A stretch of 63,997 bases of DNA, the filler included, from Octopus bimaculoides (taxonomy: Eukaryota), in assembly GCF_001194135.2 (NCBI RefSeq). It is 5 parts of 4 records of this genome, joined end to end, with 100 filler letters (N's around TTAATTAATTAA, not from the genome) between each part and the next. Parts side by side here need not be neighbours in the genome. Positions count along the whole stretch, not along the records: positions 54,668 to 62,664 come from NC_069003.1; positions 62,765 to 63,997 come from NC_068993.1; 3 more parts are not named here. One strand, 5' to 3'. Below are positions 61,931 to 63,997 of the stretch, in pieces (the first letter of the stretch is position 1; every line of letters begins with the position of its first letter). The notes under the pieces were generated by a model. The model was given only the letters and a program-made list of their open reading frames with translations, did not search any database and was not told the DNA's origin. Position numbers and translations under genes: made by a program.

Positions 61931-62491
61931 TGCAAGATTCCTGATGTGAAAAGATATATTGAAACAGATATTGTTATACTTGGTAACATTCAAACGAACA
62001 AGAAAATGAATTAGTTAATCCCAAACTTGATTTTCACTGTTAATATCTAGCAGAAGTAACACAGTTATACAAGGTCCAAGAGTTTTGTGCATTGGTACTT
62101 ATCAAACTAGTCACAGGTTGAAGGCCTGTGAGCTTATATGGTTGTTGATAAATAAATAAAAATATATTTCCCTATGGAATATTCTAGAATGGAATATAAT
62201 AATGTCACATAGATAATTCAAAAAGTTTGCCCGTTATGTTGTTCAATAAGCAAATACATAGATAAATAAGAATAAAAATAAAGAGGGAAAAACGTATATA
62301 TATACTCATATTTTGAGTTCTATTTTTCCTCTTTTCACCAACATACCTATACATGCATACATACATACATATATATATAGAGAGAGAGAGAGGTAATACT
62401 TGACAATTGTAAGCACCTGTGTATGCCAGCTCGTGGTTGAGGTGAAAGAATAAATTGTAAATCCTAAAAATAACAGCAAAAATACAAAGGA

Positions 62492-62564
62492 TTCTGCGGT
62501 ACACGTGTTTCAAGCTTTATATCAGTGTATAATTTACAATACAAAGCTATCTTCAGCCGCAAAA
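62492..62564 (-). ncRNA. Type I hammerhead ribozyme fold, palindromic helix III, predicted GUA cleavage
   Basis: Minus strand: TTTTGCGG-CTGAAGA-T-AGCTTTGTAT..ATATAAAGCT-T-GAAA-CACGTGT-A/CCGCAGAA; 8-bp helix I, 10-bp helix II, self-complementary ACACGTGT. Confidence 0.75.
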
Positions 62565-63002
62565 GTATTTCTCTCCCAGGAAATTATATCACATCGGCGT
62601 TAAAGGAGGAAGAAAGGTGTGATATAAGAGGTGAAGATCCTTTCGGTATTTTGTATAGTACTATNNNNNNNNNNNNNNNNNNNNNNNNNNNNNNNNNNNN
62701 NNNNNNNNTTAATTAATTAANNNNNNNNNNNNNNNNNNNNNNNNNNNNNNNNNNNNNNNNNNNNATTTCCAAATTTGGCTTATTGACGTAATTTCTCACA
62801 CTGAATCCGAGTCTGTAATTTATTTATTCCAGAAAAATGTTAGAAGAATGTTACAGGAGTTTAAATTTTGGTCATTTTTACCCAATCGGAAAACAGGTGT
62901 TGTATGTGATAGGTGAGATAAAATGAAAGCAAACATTAGAAAACGAAGTTTTAAACAAAATGAAAGCAATGCGTGAGATAATACATATGTACCGAGAAAG
63001 GG

Positions 63003-63054
<52 letters not shown>

Positions 63055-63061
63055 AGAGAGG

Positions 63062-63095
<34 letters not shown>

Positions 63096-63950
63096 AAGGG
63101 TATGGTAAATAATATAGATTGATGAAGATAGAAAGAAGGGAGATTTGTAGATGTAAAAGTTGAGTTCTCGTGGAAAATTATAATTGTTATTTACGGACGA
63201 CATTCTCTTTGGAACACAAATCTCGAAAATGAAATTCGCTTCTCTCGTGGACACATCACTCCTGTCCCTTTCGGGACTAAACACACATACATAACCACAT
63301 ACAGAACCGTTAGCACACCGGGCGAAATGCTTAGCAGTATTTCGTCTGCCCGCTACGTTCTGAGTTCAAATTCCTTTCATCCTTTCGGGGTCGATTAAAT
63401 AAGTACCAGTTACGCACTGGGGTCGATATAATCGATTTAATCCGTTTGTCTGTCCTTGTTTGTCCCCTCTGTGTGTAGCCCCTTGTGGGTAGTAAAAAAA
63501 AATAACACTCGCATTTATATAGTGTATACTCACACACACACACGCACACACACATATGTAATAGTATTAATTAATTAATTAATTAACAGTAGATGGATTT
63601 CGTATTAGACTTTTATTAGGTGCAACATATATTTCGACCAATCAGTCTGGGTCTCTTCAAGTAAATTGATAAAAATGTCTCACTAGAGTTTTTAGTGTCG
63701 GCTAACTTGTTATATACGCATCAAGTTAGGAAATGAATAAAAACAAATAATATTATAAAAGCGCAAAATATTCAAATATGAACGTGGAAATCTTGTGCAA
63801 CAGTTTAGATAAATTGACCTGATCAGCTTTCGCTATCATGACTGCTTAGAGGAAAAAGAAGTAGAAAGAGAAAAGAAGATTAGTACTGAGACAAGTAGTT
63901 TTATGTTCGTGCATATACATACAGACGGACGGACAGGGGTACACAGATGC

Positions 63951-63997
<47 letters not shown>

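Overview
AT-rich, microsatellite-dense animal genomic DNA with many N-gaps; the repeat families look like those of an Octopus-type coleoid cephalopod (from memory, not from a search). One protein-coding gene is supported: xylulose kinase (XYLB, FGGY family) on the minus strand. I traced 11 consecutive GT-AG exons by hand (52474 to 31542; 957 nt, 319 codons, all phases compatible). The N-terminal ~190 aa and the terminal exon are not visible in the window. The rest is transposon-derived: several tRNA-derived SINE families, Tc1/mariner/maT remnants and MITEs, RTE and Tx1-like LINE fragments, (TAA)n-associated RLE-type LINE ends and Penelope-like remnants. Most notable: (1) two structurally complete type I hammerhead-ribozyme folds (62492-62564 minus; 46031-46092 plus) that share an unusual mismatch at the base of helix II, plus several decayed relatives; (2) long near-perfect palindromes in XYLB introns; (3) a sharp CpG-depleted domain over the gene body; (4) four artificial 44N-TTAATTAATTAA-44N scaffolding linkers. 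Almost all ORF-track entries are microsatellite or N-run artefacts.
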